This document shows positions 9,203-19,385 of a DNA stretch of 64,000 bases, piece after piece (position 1 is the first letter of the stretch; each line of letters opens with the position of its first letter). Origin of the DNA: Candidatus Hydrogenedentota bacterium (lineage in GTDB: Bacteria > Hydrogenedentota > Hydrogenedentia > Hydrogenedentales > SLHB01); NCBI GenBank assembly GCA_963674865.2, contig CAXXYE010000009.1, positions 480,001 through 544,000 on the forward strand, written 5' to 3'. Below the pieces are notes generated by a model that did not search any database, was not told the origin of the DNA, and saw only the letters and a program-made list of their open reading frames with translations. The translations under genes were made by a program, and so were the position numbers.

Positions 9203-11842
9203 TTATTCTTCGGTTTGCCCGGATTTCATCAGCCAGACTTCCGAGCAGACGGTGCCCCAGCCGCCCGAATTGCGCCATTGCTCGACTGTCGTCCGGTCGC
9301 CCCGGGCCACGTCGGCGCCGCGCTCAAAGCGTATTACCAGATCGCCGTCTCGGGTCGCTTCCCGGGGAATATCGAAGGTGAAGAACTCGCTCATCTGGAG
9401 AGGGACTTCGAGTTCCTTCGCCAGCACGAAGTTGTCCGCGTAGATCGTTTCAGACTTCTGGTTCATCCGGAATGCGTAGCGCTCCTCGTACCAAGGTCGA
9501 ACGAGGGTGAAGCGGATGCGGTAGGCAGCATCGGGGTCCAGCTCGGGATAGTGGAGCGCAATGCCCTGGTCCTCATCCTGCGTGAAGTGCATTGAGCGTT
9601 GGCTGGGTGTGTTCGCCTCAGACAGCATCGGTGCGACGTAGGGCTGGCCATGGTCGTAGGGATAACCGAAGACTACGTTCGGCGCCACGTTGTACGTGCC
9701 CAGGTTGTCGTAGAAGCCGCCCTCGCCCGGGTCCTCGTAGGCCACGATCATCCGCAGCAACGCGGCTTTCTCTTCGCTGTCGGCGGCCCTGGCACGCTCC
9801 AATTGACGCTTTGTCCAGCCCAGGCCGATGAAGTCGTGGTCGAGAGTGAAATAGCCGTCATTGCGCACACCGAACAAGGCATTGCTCTCGTCGCCAAGAC
9901 GGCCGGCCTCCTCACGTAGGCTCTGCAATTCCTCCGTCTCCTCGAGCGCGTCAAGCCAAGGCAGCATCGTGTCAATTGCCTTGTCCATATCGCCCCGCTT
10001 AAGAGCTTTTCTGACATGCTTTTCGACGCGTTCCTTGATCTCCAGTTGCTGGCGAACACGTTCCTTGATGTATTTGTCCAGTGCGCCCTTCTGCATGTAT
10101 TGCAGCCACAGCCACCTGTCGTTCACGCGAATCGCCGGGATCTTCTTGCCCGCTTCCTTTACGAGCTGGTAATACCTGTCGATGCCTTCCTTCTCGGCGA
10201 TGGGCTTTCCAGGGATCTCTTGGAGATTCTCCTCGAGTTGGAGGACAGCTTCGGCCATGAGTGGGGCCGCGTCGGGGCCGAACCATGTCCGGCAATACTC
10301 ATCCACCACTTTCTCAACGCTCGTTCGCGGCGACCAGAGCAAGCGTTGCCACATCCACTGGTTGAAATGATCGTGGTGGCCGCTCGAATGGGTGATGTCG
10401 CCCACGCCGTACCGCATCAAGTCGTTGAACACCCGGTGGTAATAGCGCGGGCTGGCGTAGAAGGTCCGCCGGTCGTAAACCATGGTGAGTGCCTGGTCGG
10501 GCCGACGTTCATAGATTTCGTGGCTCCAGTGCGGCGGCAGGTCGCCGTTGCGGTCGGCGCGAGGATACATCTGAATGAGGGCGTGCTGCGCGTAGCGCCA
10601 GTGCGTGATCTCGTTGAAATACACGAGCACCTGTTGGGGCGGCAACTCGTGCAGGATTTCCTCGGGGTAGAGCCCGTACGGCCCGAAGCCGGGATAGCGG
10701 AAGAGGTCCATGCGATGCGTCTGGCGATGGCCGGGCTGCCACGTCGTGGCGTCCGAGCCCGGCCCGTATCCCCAGGCCCATAGCCAGTCGCGCGGCTTCT
10801 CCTGCAGATAGGCGAAGATCGCTTTGTCGTCGGCGTTGTCGAATTTCTGATTCGTGATGTAGATACGCGTTTCCGGATGATGCTTGTGTATAGCGGCCGC
10901 CATCTCCTCGGCGAAGCGGATGAATGTTCCGCCATAAGGCTCGCACCGGTCGCATTCGCAGCCGCCGCCGTCTCCGCCCTGAAACTTCACGAAGTCGAAG
11001 GCCGGGCCCTTCCCAAAGGTGGTCTCACACTTGTCGATCATAAAGGCCCGTGCCTCGGGAAGCGATGGGCACAGGTAATTCTCACGCCCGATGGATTCGG
11101 CCGCCTCCCACTCGGGGTGGTCGTCATCCTGCCCTGAGTTCGCTTTGAAGCCGCCTTGGGTCATCAGTCCATACGACTTGATGAAGTCGAACATGGGGCC
11201 GGCCTCCGTGGTAAACACGTTCGCCCCCGCCAAGGCATAGTCGAGGATGACGCGCTGCGTCTCCGCGTCGGTCCACTCGCGCACTTTCGACTTTTCCTTG
11301 GCCACGCGGCTCTGGCCGTATTGGGTGCCGCGGACTTCGAAGGCGGGGGCCGTGCGCACGTCGAGTACATCCGGCACCTCGACGCTGCGCTCTGTAATGA
11401 CCACCCGCCGCAGGAGCTCGCCCACCGCGTACAGGCACCCGCGCTCATCGACACCCGCCGCCAGAAGAAGCGGCCGGCCGCCGCGGTCCAGTATCCTGAG
11501 CACAAAACCTTCCGGGCCCGGGGCGAGGTCTGTTAGCGGCGCAATGCAATACTCATCAAACAAGGCACGTATGCTGTCGTGATGTGCCGGCACTCCGAGG
11601 AGAACAAGGAGCTCGTCCTCGCTGGCGGGGGCGAGCCCGGCCTCATGCTCGACACGCGTCGGCAGGCCGCTGGGTTCCGCGAGCCTGTCGGCCAACAACT
11701 GCGCCACTCGCTCCTCTACGGCCTGCGCCCGCCCGCCAACACGGATCGCCACTCCGGCAAACTCTCCGCCGGCCGCGGGCAGGCTCAAGAGCGCTGCAAT
11801 GCACGCCAGAGGCAAGCACGCTGTAGTCAAGAAGTGCCTCAT
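9203..11842 (-). CDS. Secreted glycoside-hydrolase-like protein (N-terminal GH20/GH67-type zincin-like domain), paralog A
   Basis: Signal peptide, PEGFVLR...LLLAAGVDERGCLYAVGELLR, P-x-F-x-x-RG and GGDGGGCECDRC. It is highly similar to 11980-14619. Confidence 0.65.
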   Translation of the reverse strand: MRHFLTTACLPLACIAALLSLPAAGGEFAGVAIRVGGRAQAVEERVAQLLADRLAEPSGLPTRVEHEAGLAPASEDELLVLLGVPAHHDSIRALFDEYCIAPLTDLAPGPEGFVLRILDRGGRPLLLAAGVDERGCLYAVGELLRRVVITERSVEVPDVLDVRTAPAFEVRGTQYGQSRVAKEKSKVREWTDAETQRVILDYALAGANVFTTEAGPMFDFIKSYGLMTQGGFKANSGQDDDHPEWEAAESIGRENYLCPSLPEARAFMIDKCETTFGKGPAFDFVKFQGGDGGGCECDRCEPYGGTFIRFAEEMAAAIHKHHPETRIYITNQKFDNADDKAIFAYLQEKPRDWLWAWGYGPGSDATTWQPGHRQTHRMDLFRYPGFGPYGLYPEEILHELPPQQVLVYFNEITHWRYAQHALIQMYPRADRNGDLPPHWSHEIYERRPDQALTMVYDRRTFYASPRYYHRVFNDLMRYGVGDITHSSGHHDHFNQWMWQRLLWSPRTSVEKVVDEYCRTWFGPDAAPLMAEAVLQLEENLQEIPGKPIAEKEGIDRYYQLVKEAGKKIPAIRVNDRWLWLQYMQKGALDKYIKERVRQQLEIKERVEKHVRKALKRGDMDKAIDTMLPWLDALEETEELQSLREEAGRLGDESNALFGVRNDGYFTLDHDFIGLGWTKRQLERARAADSEEKAALLRMIVAYEDPGEGGFYDNLGTYNVAPNVVFGYPYDHGQPYVAPMLSEANTPSQRSMHFTQDEDQGIALHYPELDPDAAYRIRFTLVRPWYEERYAFRMNQKSETIYADNFVLAKELEVPLQMSEFFTFDIPREATRDGDLVIRFERGADVARGDRTTVEQWRNSGGWGTVCSEVWLMKSGQTEE

Positions 11843-11979
11843 TCCGAATTCCTCTTAATTGAAGTGGTGCCAAAGAGTCTGGGACGACCCATCGTATCGC
11901 TCCAACGCGAGAAGCGTGTGTGTGAAGGCCGCCTGATAGCCGTCTCATACCTTTGTTTCCGGTCGATAGGACGCATCGC

Positions 11980-14619
11980 TCAGTCGCCGCCGGCCGGCTC
12001 CTTCATTAGCCAGACCTCCGAGCAGATCGTTCCCCAGCCGCCCGAGTTGCGCCACTGCTCGACGGTGACGCGGTCGCCGCGGGCCACGTCGGCGCCTCGC
12101 TCAAAGCGTATTACGAGGTCGCCGTCTCGTGTTGCCTCGCGGGGAACATCGAAGGTGAAGAAATCGCTCATTTGGAGAGGAACCGCGAGTTCCTTGGCCA
12201 GCACGAGGTCATCCGCGTAGATTGTCTCGGACTTCTGATTCATCCGAAACGAGTAACGGTCCTGATACCAAGGCCGGACGAGGGTGAAGCGAATACGGTA
12301 GTCCGCATCAGGGTCCAGGTTGCGGTAGCGCAGCGTCACGCCCTGCTCTTCGTCTTGTGTGAAGTGCATTGAGCGCTGGCTCGGCGTGTTGGCCTCCGAC
12401 AACATCGGCCTTACGTAAGGCTGGCCGTGATCATAAGGGTAGCCGAAGACCGCATGCGGCGCTATGTTGCATGTTCCCAGGTTGTCATAGAATCCGCCTT
12501 CGCCCGGGTCTTCGTAGTCGACGATCATGCGCAGTAAGGCGGTCTTCTCCTCGCCGGAAGCGGCTTTGGCTCGCTTTAACTGGCGCTTCATCCACCCCAA
12601 TCCGATGAAGTCGTGGTCGAGGGAGAAATAGCCGTCATTTCGAACGCCAAACAGGGCGTTGCTTTCATCTCCGAGCCGGCCCGCCTCTTCCCTCAGCCTC
12701 CGCATCTCTTCAGTCTCATCGATTGCATCGAACCAGGGCAGCACGGCCATGATGGTTCTGTCCAGGTCGCCCCGCCGCAGGGCCAGATTGATGCGCTTCT
12801 CTACGCGGCGCTTGACTTCCAGCTGCCGGCGAACGCTTTCCCGGATGTACTTGTCCAGGGCCGCCTTCTGCATGTATTGACGCCATAGCCAGTTGCTCTT
12901 CATGTGAATCGCCGGGATCTTCTTGCCCGCTTCCTTTACGAGCCGGTAGCACCGGTCGATACCTTCCTTCTCGGCGATAGGTTTCCCGGGGATTTCTTCG
13001 AGGTTCTCCTCGAGTTGGAGAATGGCCTCGGCCATGAGCGGTACCGCCTCCGGCCCAAACCACGTCCGGCAATACTCATCCACCACTTCCTCAACGCTCA
13101 TTCGCGGCGCCCAGAGGAGGCGTTGCCACATCCACTGATTGAAATGGTCCTGGTGGCCACTCGAGTGCGTGATGTCGCCCACGCCGTAGCGCATTAGGTC
13201 GTGGAAGACCCGGTGGTAGTACCTCGGCCAAGCGTAGAAGGTTAGCCGGTCGTACACCATGGTGAGCGCCTGGTCGGGCCGCCGCTCGTAGATATCGTGG
13301 CTCCAGTGCGGCGGCAGGTCGCCGTTTCGGTCGGCCCGGGGATACATCTGGATATAGGCGTGCTGGGCGTACCGCCAGTGCGTGATTTCATTGTAGTAGA
13401 CGAGCACCTGCTGCGGCGGTAACTGATGGAGGATCTCCTCGGGATAGAGCCCGTATGGCCCGAAGCCGGGATAGCGGAACAGGTCCATGCGGTGGGTCTG
13501 GCGATGGCCGGGCTGCCAGGTTGTGGCGTCCGAGCCCGGCCCGTATCCCCAAGCCCATAGCCAGTCCCGAGGTTTCTCCTGGAGGTAAGCGAAGATCGCG
13601 TTGTCGTCGTCGTTGTCGAATTTCTGGTTCGTGAAGTATATCCGCGTCTCCGGATGATACTTGTGAATGATTCCGGCCATTTCCTCGACAAGGCGAATAA
13701 ACGTCAATCCGTACGGGTCGCACCGATCGCACTCGCAGCCGCCGCCGTCACCTCCGTGGAACTTGACGAAATCGAAGCTCGGGCCCTTCTTGAATTCGTC
13801 CTCGCACTTCTTGAGCATGAAAGCTCGGGCCTCGGGAACCGAAAGGCATACATAGCCGAGCCGGCCAATGGACTCGGCCCCATTCCACTCAGGGTGGTTG
13901 TCATCCCAGCCCGTGTTAGCGCCGAAGCCTCCTTGCGTCATCAATCCGTATGACTTGATGAAGTCGAACACCGAGCCAGCGCCCGTGCTGAACACGTTCG
14001 CGCCGGCCAGGGCGTCATCGAGGATGGCCCGTTGCGTTTCTTCATCGGTCCAGTCGCGCACCTTCGCCTTATTCTTCGCTACGCCGCTCTGTCCGTACTG
14101 GGTCCCGCGGATCTCAAACGCCGGAGCCGTACGCACTTCCAGTACGTCGGGCACCTCGACGGTGTGTTCTTTGATGACCGCCTGACGCAGGATCTCGCCT
14201 ACGGCGTAAAGGCATCCGCGCTGGTCCACGCCCGCCGCCAGGAGCAGTGGCCGGCCTTTGCAGGTGAGCGTTTTCAGCAGAAATCCCTCCGGCCCGGGGG
14301 CCAGGTGGGTGAGCGGCGGAATGCGGTGTTTGTCGAAGAGGGCGCTTATCCCGTCGTGATTGGCCGGCACGCCCAGGAGCACGACAAGCTCTCCCTTGCG
14401 AGGAGGCTTGATCTTGGACTCGTTTTCGACGTGCGTGGGCAGGCCGCTGGGTTCCGCAAGCCGGTCGGCCAGTAACTGCGCAACCTTCTCCTCGACGGGC
14501 TGCGCCCGTCTACCGATATGGATTGCGACGCCGTCGAACTCAGCCGCGCTAGCGTTCCCAGGAAACATCCCGGCCACAAGCGCTACACACGCACACAGTA
14601 TAACCAGGCCCGGCTTCAT
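11980..14619 (-). CDS. Secreted glycoside-hydrolase-like protein, paralog B
   Basis: Start MKPGLVILCAC (ATG at 14619) with a signal peptide. It is colinear with paralog A and shares long identical blocks. Confidence 0.65.
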   Translation of the reverse strand: MKPGLVILCACVALVAGMFPGNASAAEFDGVAIHIGRRAQPVEEKVAQLLADRLAEPSGLPTHVENESKIKPPRKGELVVLLGVPANHDGISALFDKHRIPPLTHLAPGPEGFLLKTLTCKGRPLLLAAGVDQRGCLYAVGEILRQAVIKEHTVEVPDVLEVRTAPAFEIRGTQYGQSGVAKNKAKVRDWTDEETQRAILDDALAGANVFSTGAGSVFDFIKSYGLMTQGGFGANTGWDDNHPEWNGAESIGRLGYVCLSVPEARAFMLKKCEDEFKKGPSFDFVKFHGGDGGGCECDRCDPYGLTFIRLVEEMAGIIHKYHPETRIYFTNQKFDNDDDNAIFAYLQEKPRDWLWAWGYGPGSDATTWQPGHRQTHRMDLFRYPGFGPYGLYPEEILHQLPPQQVLVYYNEITHWRYAQHAYIQMYPRADRNGDLPPHWSHDIYERRPDQALTMVYDRLTFYAWPRYYHRVFHDLMRYGVGDITHSSGHQDHFNQWMWQRLLWAPRMSVEEVVDEYCRTWFGPEAVPLMAEAILQLEENLEEIPGKPIAEKEGIDRCYRLVKEAGKKIPAIHMKSNWLWRQYMQKAALDKYIRESVRRQLEVKRRVEKRINLALRRGDLDRTIMAVLPWFDAIDETEEMRRLREEAGRLGDESNALFGVRNDGYFSLDHDFIGLGWMKRQLKRAKAASGEEKTALLRMIVDYEDPGEGGFYDNLGTCNIAPHAVFGYPYDHGQPYVRPMLSEANTPSQRSMHFTQDEEQGVTLRYRNLDPDADYRIRFTLVRPWYQDRYSFRMNQKSETIYADDLVLAKELAVPLQMSDFFTFDVPREATRDGDLVIRFERGADVARGDRVTVEQWRNSGGWGTICSEVWLMKEPAGGD

Positions 14620-14845
14620 CCCAGACTCCTTCTGTGCCACTGGCAAGATCTGCGGATTTGGATTTCTCTCACTTGAACTCAACGCGCCTACCCTCGCACC
14701 GGAGCAGTATTGCCGAATGCCCATGGCCGCTTCAAACCCGCCGGGCCGTGGCCGCAACGTATGCTATAGTATTCGCCGGAGCATGGAGGCGTTCGGGCGG
14801 GCTTCATGTGACGAGCAATATCAAGATGCGGAAGGGCATAGTGCT

Positions 14846-15958
14846 ATGAGCGAGCGCAAGCTAGGGCTTGGCATTGTAGGATGCGGCGGCTTCGGCCTTT
14901 TTGCATTGCAGCACTTCACGCAAGTGCCGGGGGTGAGTGTCGTCGCCATGGCGGCCACGCACCGCGAGGCGGCCTATGCCGCGGCCCAACGCTTCGGCAT
15001 TCCGGAACCTATGGAACTCGAAGAGCTTCTCCGGCTTCCGGAGGTTGACCTCGTTTACATCGCTACGCCGCCATTTCTGCACTATTCCCAGGCCATGGCC
15101 GCTTTGCAGGCCGGTAAGCACGTCATTTGCGAGAAGCCCTTGGCGATGAATCTTGAGGAAGCCGACGAGATGATCGCCGCGGCATCCAGCGCCGGGCGCC
15201 TTCTGATCGCCAATCTGATGCAGCGATACAATCCCGTCTTCGACATCATCAAACGGCTTGTCGAATCGCGTGCCCTGGGCGAAATCTTGCACGGCTATTT
15301 CGAGAACTACGCCTGCGATGAGGGACTCCCCGCAGCGCATTGGTTTTGGGATCGCGAGAAGAGCGGGGGGATCTTCGTCGAGCACGGCGTTCACTTCTTC
15401 GATCTTTTCGCCGGCTGGCTTGGCCCCGGAAAGGTCGCATCGGCGCAGGTCAGTGTCCGGCCGGGCACGACTATTGAAGAGCAGGTGCAGTGCGCGGTCC
15501 GCTATCGGGATGACGTTATGGTGAATTTCTACCATGGGTTCACACAGGTGGGGCGAATGGATCGTCAAGAGATGCGACTTCTCTTCGAGCGAGGCGATGT
15601 CACCTTGTACGACTGGGTGCCGACGGCCGTCCGCGTGCGCGCTATCGTAGATGAGAAAGAAACACGCACTCTCTGTGATCTTTTCCCCGGTGCACGGCTT
15701 GACGTGTCGGAGAATTACTCCCCGAAAGACCGTGCCTGCCGGGGACGGCACAAGGAACTCGATGTTTACCAGAAGATCGAACTAACGTATGGCGTAGGCG
15801 AGCAGAAGATGTACCGCTACGGCGAGCTGCTACGCGGTGTGATGGCGGATCAATTTGCCTGGATACATGACCGCACTCACGAGCGTCGTATTACTGAAGT
15901 GAACGGCCGCGATTCCTTGGCCTTGGCGGTTGATGCGGATCGCATGGCGCACGACTGA
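14846..15958 (+). CDS. Gfo/Idh/MocA family oxidoreductase
   Basis: GIVGCGGFG Rossmann motif, YIATPPFLH, GKHVICEKPLA and SGGIFVEHGVHFFD. Confidence 0.92.
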   Translation: MSERKLGLGIVGCGGFGLFALQHFTQVPGVSVVAMAATHREAAYAAAQRFGIPEPMELEELLRLPEVDLVYIATPPFLHYSQAMAALQAGKHVICEKPLAMNLEEADEMIAAASSAGRLLIANLMQRYNPVFDIIKRLVESRALGEILHGYFENYACDEGLPAAHWFWDREKSGGIFVEHGVHFFDLFAGWLGPGKVASAQVSVRPGTTIEEQVQCAVRYRDDVMVNFYHGFTQVGRMDRQEMRLLFERGDVTLYDWVPTAVRVRAIVDEKETRTLCDLFPGARLDVSENYSPKDRACRGRHKELDVYQKIELTYGVGEQKMYRYGELLRGVMADQFAWIHDRTHERRITEVNGRDSLALAVDADRMAHD

Positions 15959-16038
15959 CGCGGCGTTCCGTCCGGGAGGCGGGCAGTACCAAGCCCATCC
16001 CGGCACCGGCGTTCTTATCAGAGGATGAATTCAACAAC

Positions 16039-17094
16039 ATGCTGCAAAGGTTATCCAGTGCGTGTCTTCTCAGGCCTGAGGATGTGTCTCCCTCAGACGA
16101 CTTCCTCGAAGTCGTCGGAACGTTTAATCCGGGGGTCGTCCAAGTAGGCAATGATGTTGTGCTGCTGGTGCGCGTGGCTGAGCGGCCGCGCGAGAGGCGG
16201 GAGGGGCATACGCCCCTGCCGCGGTATGAATCCGGCGGCGAGTTGGCCATCGACTGGGTATGCAACGACGACATCGTCTCAGACGATCCCAGGGTAGTGC
16301 GCTCGAAAGCCACGGGATTGGCCCGGCTCACCTTCATTTCCCATCTCCTTGTTGTGCGCAGTTCCGCGGACGGCGCTATTGCCGCGAACGCGGGCCCCCG
16401 CCTCCTGCCACGGACGGAGTACGAGACGTTCGGCATCGAGGATCCTCGCATCACGCGTATCGGAGGCCGGTTTTACTTCACCTACGTGGCGGTGTCGTCT
16501 CACGGCGCGGCCACGGCCTTGGCCTCGACTTCAGACTTCAAGAGCTTCGAGCGCCACGGAATTGTCTTCCCCCCCGAGAACAAGGACGTCGTTCTATTTC
16601 CCGAGCGCATCGACGGGGACTATGTTGCTTTCCATCGGCCCAATCCCGCTACTCACTTCTCGGCGCCGGAAATGTGGCTGGCGCGCTCGGCCGATCTCAT
16701 CCACTGGAGTCGCCACGAGCCTTTCCACTGGGGGGCAGGAGCCTGGGAAACCGAACGCATTGGCGGCGGCGCGCCTCCGGTTAAGACGCCGGGAGGCTGG
16801 CTTGAGATTTATCACGGCACACGGAAGGCCCCCGACGAGCCCGGCGTTGGAGTGTACTCGGCGGGCGCCTTGCTCCTCGATCTTGAGGATCCACAGCGTG
16901 TGATCGCCCGATCCCATGAGCCGATCATAACGCCCGAGGCGGAATTCGAGCGAGAGGGTTTTGTGCCTGATGTTGTCTTCCCTACAGGCTTGGTGGTGCG
17001 CGACGAGAAGGCGATGATATATTACGGAGCCGCCGACGCCCACGTCGGTGTTGTCGAGTTTGCCTGGGAGTCGCTTCTGGCCGCGTTGGAATGA
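16039..17094 (+). CDS. GH130 family glycoside phosphorylase/hydrolase
   Basis: FNPG, GIEDPRIT, ENKDVVLFPERI, FHRP, IGGGAPP, WLEIYHG, VVFPTG and YYGAAD. Confidence 0.9.
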   Translation: MLQRLSSACLLRPEDVSPSDDFLEVVGTFNPGVVQVGNDVVLLVRVAERPRERREGHTPLPRYESGGELAIDWVCNDDIVSDDPRVVRSKATGLARLTFISHLLVVRSSADGAIAANAGPRLLPRTEYETFGIEDPRITRIGGRFYFTYVAVSSHGAATALASTSDFKSFERHGIVFPPENKDVVLFPERIDGDYVAFHRPNPATHFSAPEMWLARSADLIHWSRHEPFHWGAGAWETERIGGGAPPVKTPGGWLEIYHGTRKAPDEPGVGVYSAGALLLDLEDPQRVIARSHEPIITPEAEFEREGFVPDVVFPTGLVVRDEKAMIYYGAADAHVGVVEFAWESLLAALE

Positions 17095-17126
17095 TGCGGG
17101 CCTCAACATCCGGAGTTGTCGAACCT

Positions 17127-18356
17127 ATGTCTATTCCCCAGAATGAGCGGAGCATCGTCCGCGACCTTGGCAAGCAGGTGGCCGAGATTGCCCAGTTGCC
17201 CGTCATGCGTGAGCGCCGGGCCATGTGGAAGCGCCACAACAGCCTGGAACGCGTCCGGCCGATGATCCTGGTGTTTCCTGAAGGCGCATGGCGCGAGATG
17301 TTGCCCGAAAGCGAACTCCAGTGCAGCCATCCGACGGCCCGTTCGGTGGAAGACTATCTGCGAGGGCGGATCGTTTATTTTAATCAACTTCATGATGACA
17401 CCGTCATTGAGGACGAATACGTTGTCCGTAAGGCGATCTCGTCCACGGGCTGGGGACTTGAGTTCAAGCAGATCGACAGCGGCGCCGCGCGTGGCGCCTG
17501 GGCCTTCGACCCGGTGGTTCATACGGCGGATGATCTGAAGAAGATCACCGCGCCTGAGGTGACTCACGATGAAGTCGAGACTCAACGGCGTCTGGACGAG
17601 GTCCAGGGCTTGATCGGGGACCTCTTGCGAGTGTCACTCAAGGGGATCGGGCACATTGGATTTCATCCGATGGCCATCTATTGCAGGCTCCGGGGGCTGG
17701 AACGGGTCATGTGGGATATGTGTGAGAATCCCGATATGCTCCACGAGGCCATGAGCCGTCTCGAAGAGGCCTACCGGGGGATGGTCCGTCAGTATGAGGA
17801 ACTGAACCTGCTAAGTCTCAACAACGACAACACCTACCACTCGTCCGGCGGCAACGGATACACGGACGAACTGCCCAAGGAGGGGTTCGACCCGGAGCGC
17901 GTCCGGCCGTGCGATATGTGGGCTTCGGCCGAGGCACAGGAATTGGCCCAGGTGGGGCCGGAAATGCACGAGGAGTTCTGTCTCCAATACGAGCGGCGGC
18001 TTCTCGAGCCGTTTGGGTTAAATGGGTACGGGTGCTGCGAGGATCTCGGCCAGAAGCTTGACTACGTCTTCCAGATCCCCAATATCCGCCGGATTTCGAT
18101 CTCTCCCTTCGCTAAGGTCGAACCTTGCGCCGAGAAACTCCAGGGAGACTACATCTTCTCGTGGAAGCCCCATCCCGCGCACCTGGTGGGCGCCTTCGAC
18201 CCGGAACACATCCGCCGCTATATTCAGCACGCGCTCGACGCCACGCGGGGCTGCGTCATCGAGATGGTTCTCAAGGACACGCACACCTGCGAAAATCAGC
18301 CTGAGCGTTTCACCATCTGGACGGATATCGCACGGGAACTCGCCGAAGCGTACTGA
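17127..18356 (+). CDS. Uroporphyrinogen decarboxylase/MtaA-CmuA-like TIM-barrel protein
   Basis: LRGLERVMWDM..NPD.LH, VGPEMHEEFCLQYE and YGCCEDL match URO-D-like patterns. An alternative start is 17091. Confidence 0.65.
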   Translation: MSIPQNERSIVRDLGKQVAEIAQLPVMRERRAMWKRHNSLERVRPMILVFPEGAWREMLPESELQCSHPTARSVEDYLRGRIVYFNQLHDDTVIEDEYVVRKAISSTGWGLEFKQIDSGAARGAWAFDPVVHTADDLKKITAPEVTHDEVETQRRLDEVQGLIGDLLRVSLKGIGHIGFHPMAIYCRLRGLERVMWDMCENPDMLHEAMSRLEEAYRGMVRQYEELNLLSLNNDNTYHSSGGNGYTDELPKEGFDPERVRPCDMWASAEAQELAQVGPEMHEEFCLQYERRLLEPFGLNGYGCCEDLGQKLDYVFQIPNIRRISISPFAKVEPCAEKLQGDYIFSWKPHPAHLVGAFDPEHIRRYIQHALDATRGCVIEMVLKDTHTCENQPERFTIWTDIARELAEAY

Positions 18357-18363
18357 TCCGGCC

Positions 18364-19125
18364 TCAATCTGCGGGCCATTTCAAGTCTTCGGCGGTCAGG
18401 CCGATGGCATCGCAGACGGCCTTCGAGTTCATGACTTCCCCGTTGTTGGGAAAGTTGAGCGTGTCCAGTGTGTGCGAGTCGGTGCCTAAGGTAAACTTCG
18501 TGCCTTGTCGGCGGGCCTCCTGAACGAGATCGCGAAACCACTCGATATTGCCCCGGCAGTAGTTCGGATTGACCTCGAAGGCCATGTCCGCCTCCGCAGC
18601 CTCCCGCAAGACCTCGCTGAGGCGTGTCTCGTCGTAATGCGCGAGCACCGACGTCCGCAGTTCCGCCGATGACTTCAGGAGAATGAAGGGATGTGAGATG
18701 CTGTCTGCGTAACCTAGTGCCGCCGCCCCCGATACCATATCCAGATAGTGCGGGGCGTACGATGCCGCATCCTCTTTTGTGGGATTCTCGACACAGTCAA
18801 GGTGGTAGTGGTTGCAGGCAACAATGACGAAGTCAAGCTCCGCCGCAAGTTCATCGCCGAGTGAACACGCCTCCGGACTGTTCATCGATGCCTCGGTGCC
18901 TACCATTATCCGGCACTGGGGATGGAGTTCCGCCAAGTCTTCGCGGTTGCGTTGGATCACGCCCCTGAACCATCTTCGCTCGTTCGGCGCGTTAATGTGG
19001 TCCGCCAGCCCTGCCAACTTCATTTGTCCCTTATCCAACACGTCCACGATGGCGCTGACGGTGTTCTCCGGTTTGGCGCAAAGCGAACGGTACGTGTGAA
19101 TATGCCAATCCTGCTTCATTTGCAT
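18364..19125 (-). CDS. PHP-domain metallophosphatase
   Basis: DWHIHT, LADH, GTE, ISHP, FEVN and LGTDSH. Confidence 0.85.
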   Translation of the reverse strand: MQMKQDWHIHTYRSLCAKPENTVSAIVDVLDKGQMKLAGLADHINAPNERRWFRGVIQRNREDLAELHPQCRIMVGTEASMNSPEACSLGDELAAELDFVIVACNHYHLDCVENPTKEDAASYAPHYLDMVSGAAALGYADSISHPFILLKSSAELRTSVLAHYDETRLSEVLREAAEADMAFEVNPNYCRGNIEWFRDLVQEARRQGTKFTLGTDSHTLDTLNFPNNGEVMNSKAVCDAIGLTAEDLKWPAD

Positions 19126-19385
19126 ACTGCTTCCCTTACTGAGTCGATGTTCTTCGAGCCGCCCGGTGTGGTTTGCGGCGCGAGTGCCTTACCTTATGAT
19201 TCGATTAACGATTGGCGCGTATCATAGCATTCCTGGCGCAACCGAATGCGAGTTGCGCGGCGATTGGCTGGCGTGTCTTGTCTTTCCGGCGTCGGAAGGG
19301 CTAGAGTCTCGGCGCGTATCGTGCCTCGAGTGTGAGCGTGTCCCGGAGAGGAACACGCGTGGGGCGGGGAAGGGAGGTCGTAAGG

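Noticed and set aside
9203..14619. Long near-identical DNA blocks suggesting a mobile repeat or misassembly
   Set aside because: Substitutions are spread throughout both intact ORFs, consistent with genuine gene duplication.
14360..14845. N-terminal extensions in ORF-track calls (14360, 49870, 34530, 6506, 23656, 29462, 31466)
   Set aside because: They overlap neighbouring genes or promoters. Downstream starts match the domain boundaries and, for several, SD sites.
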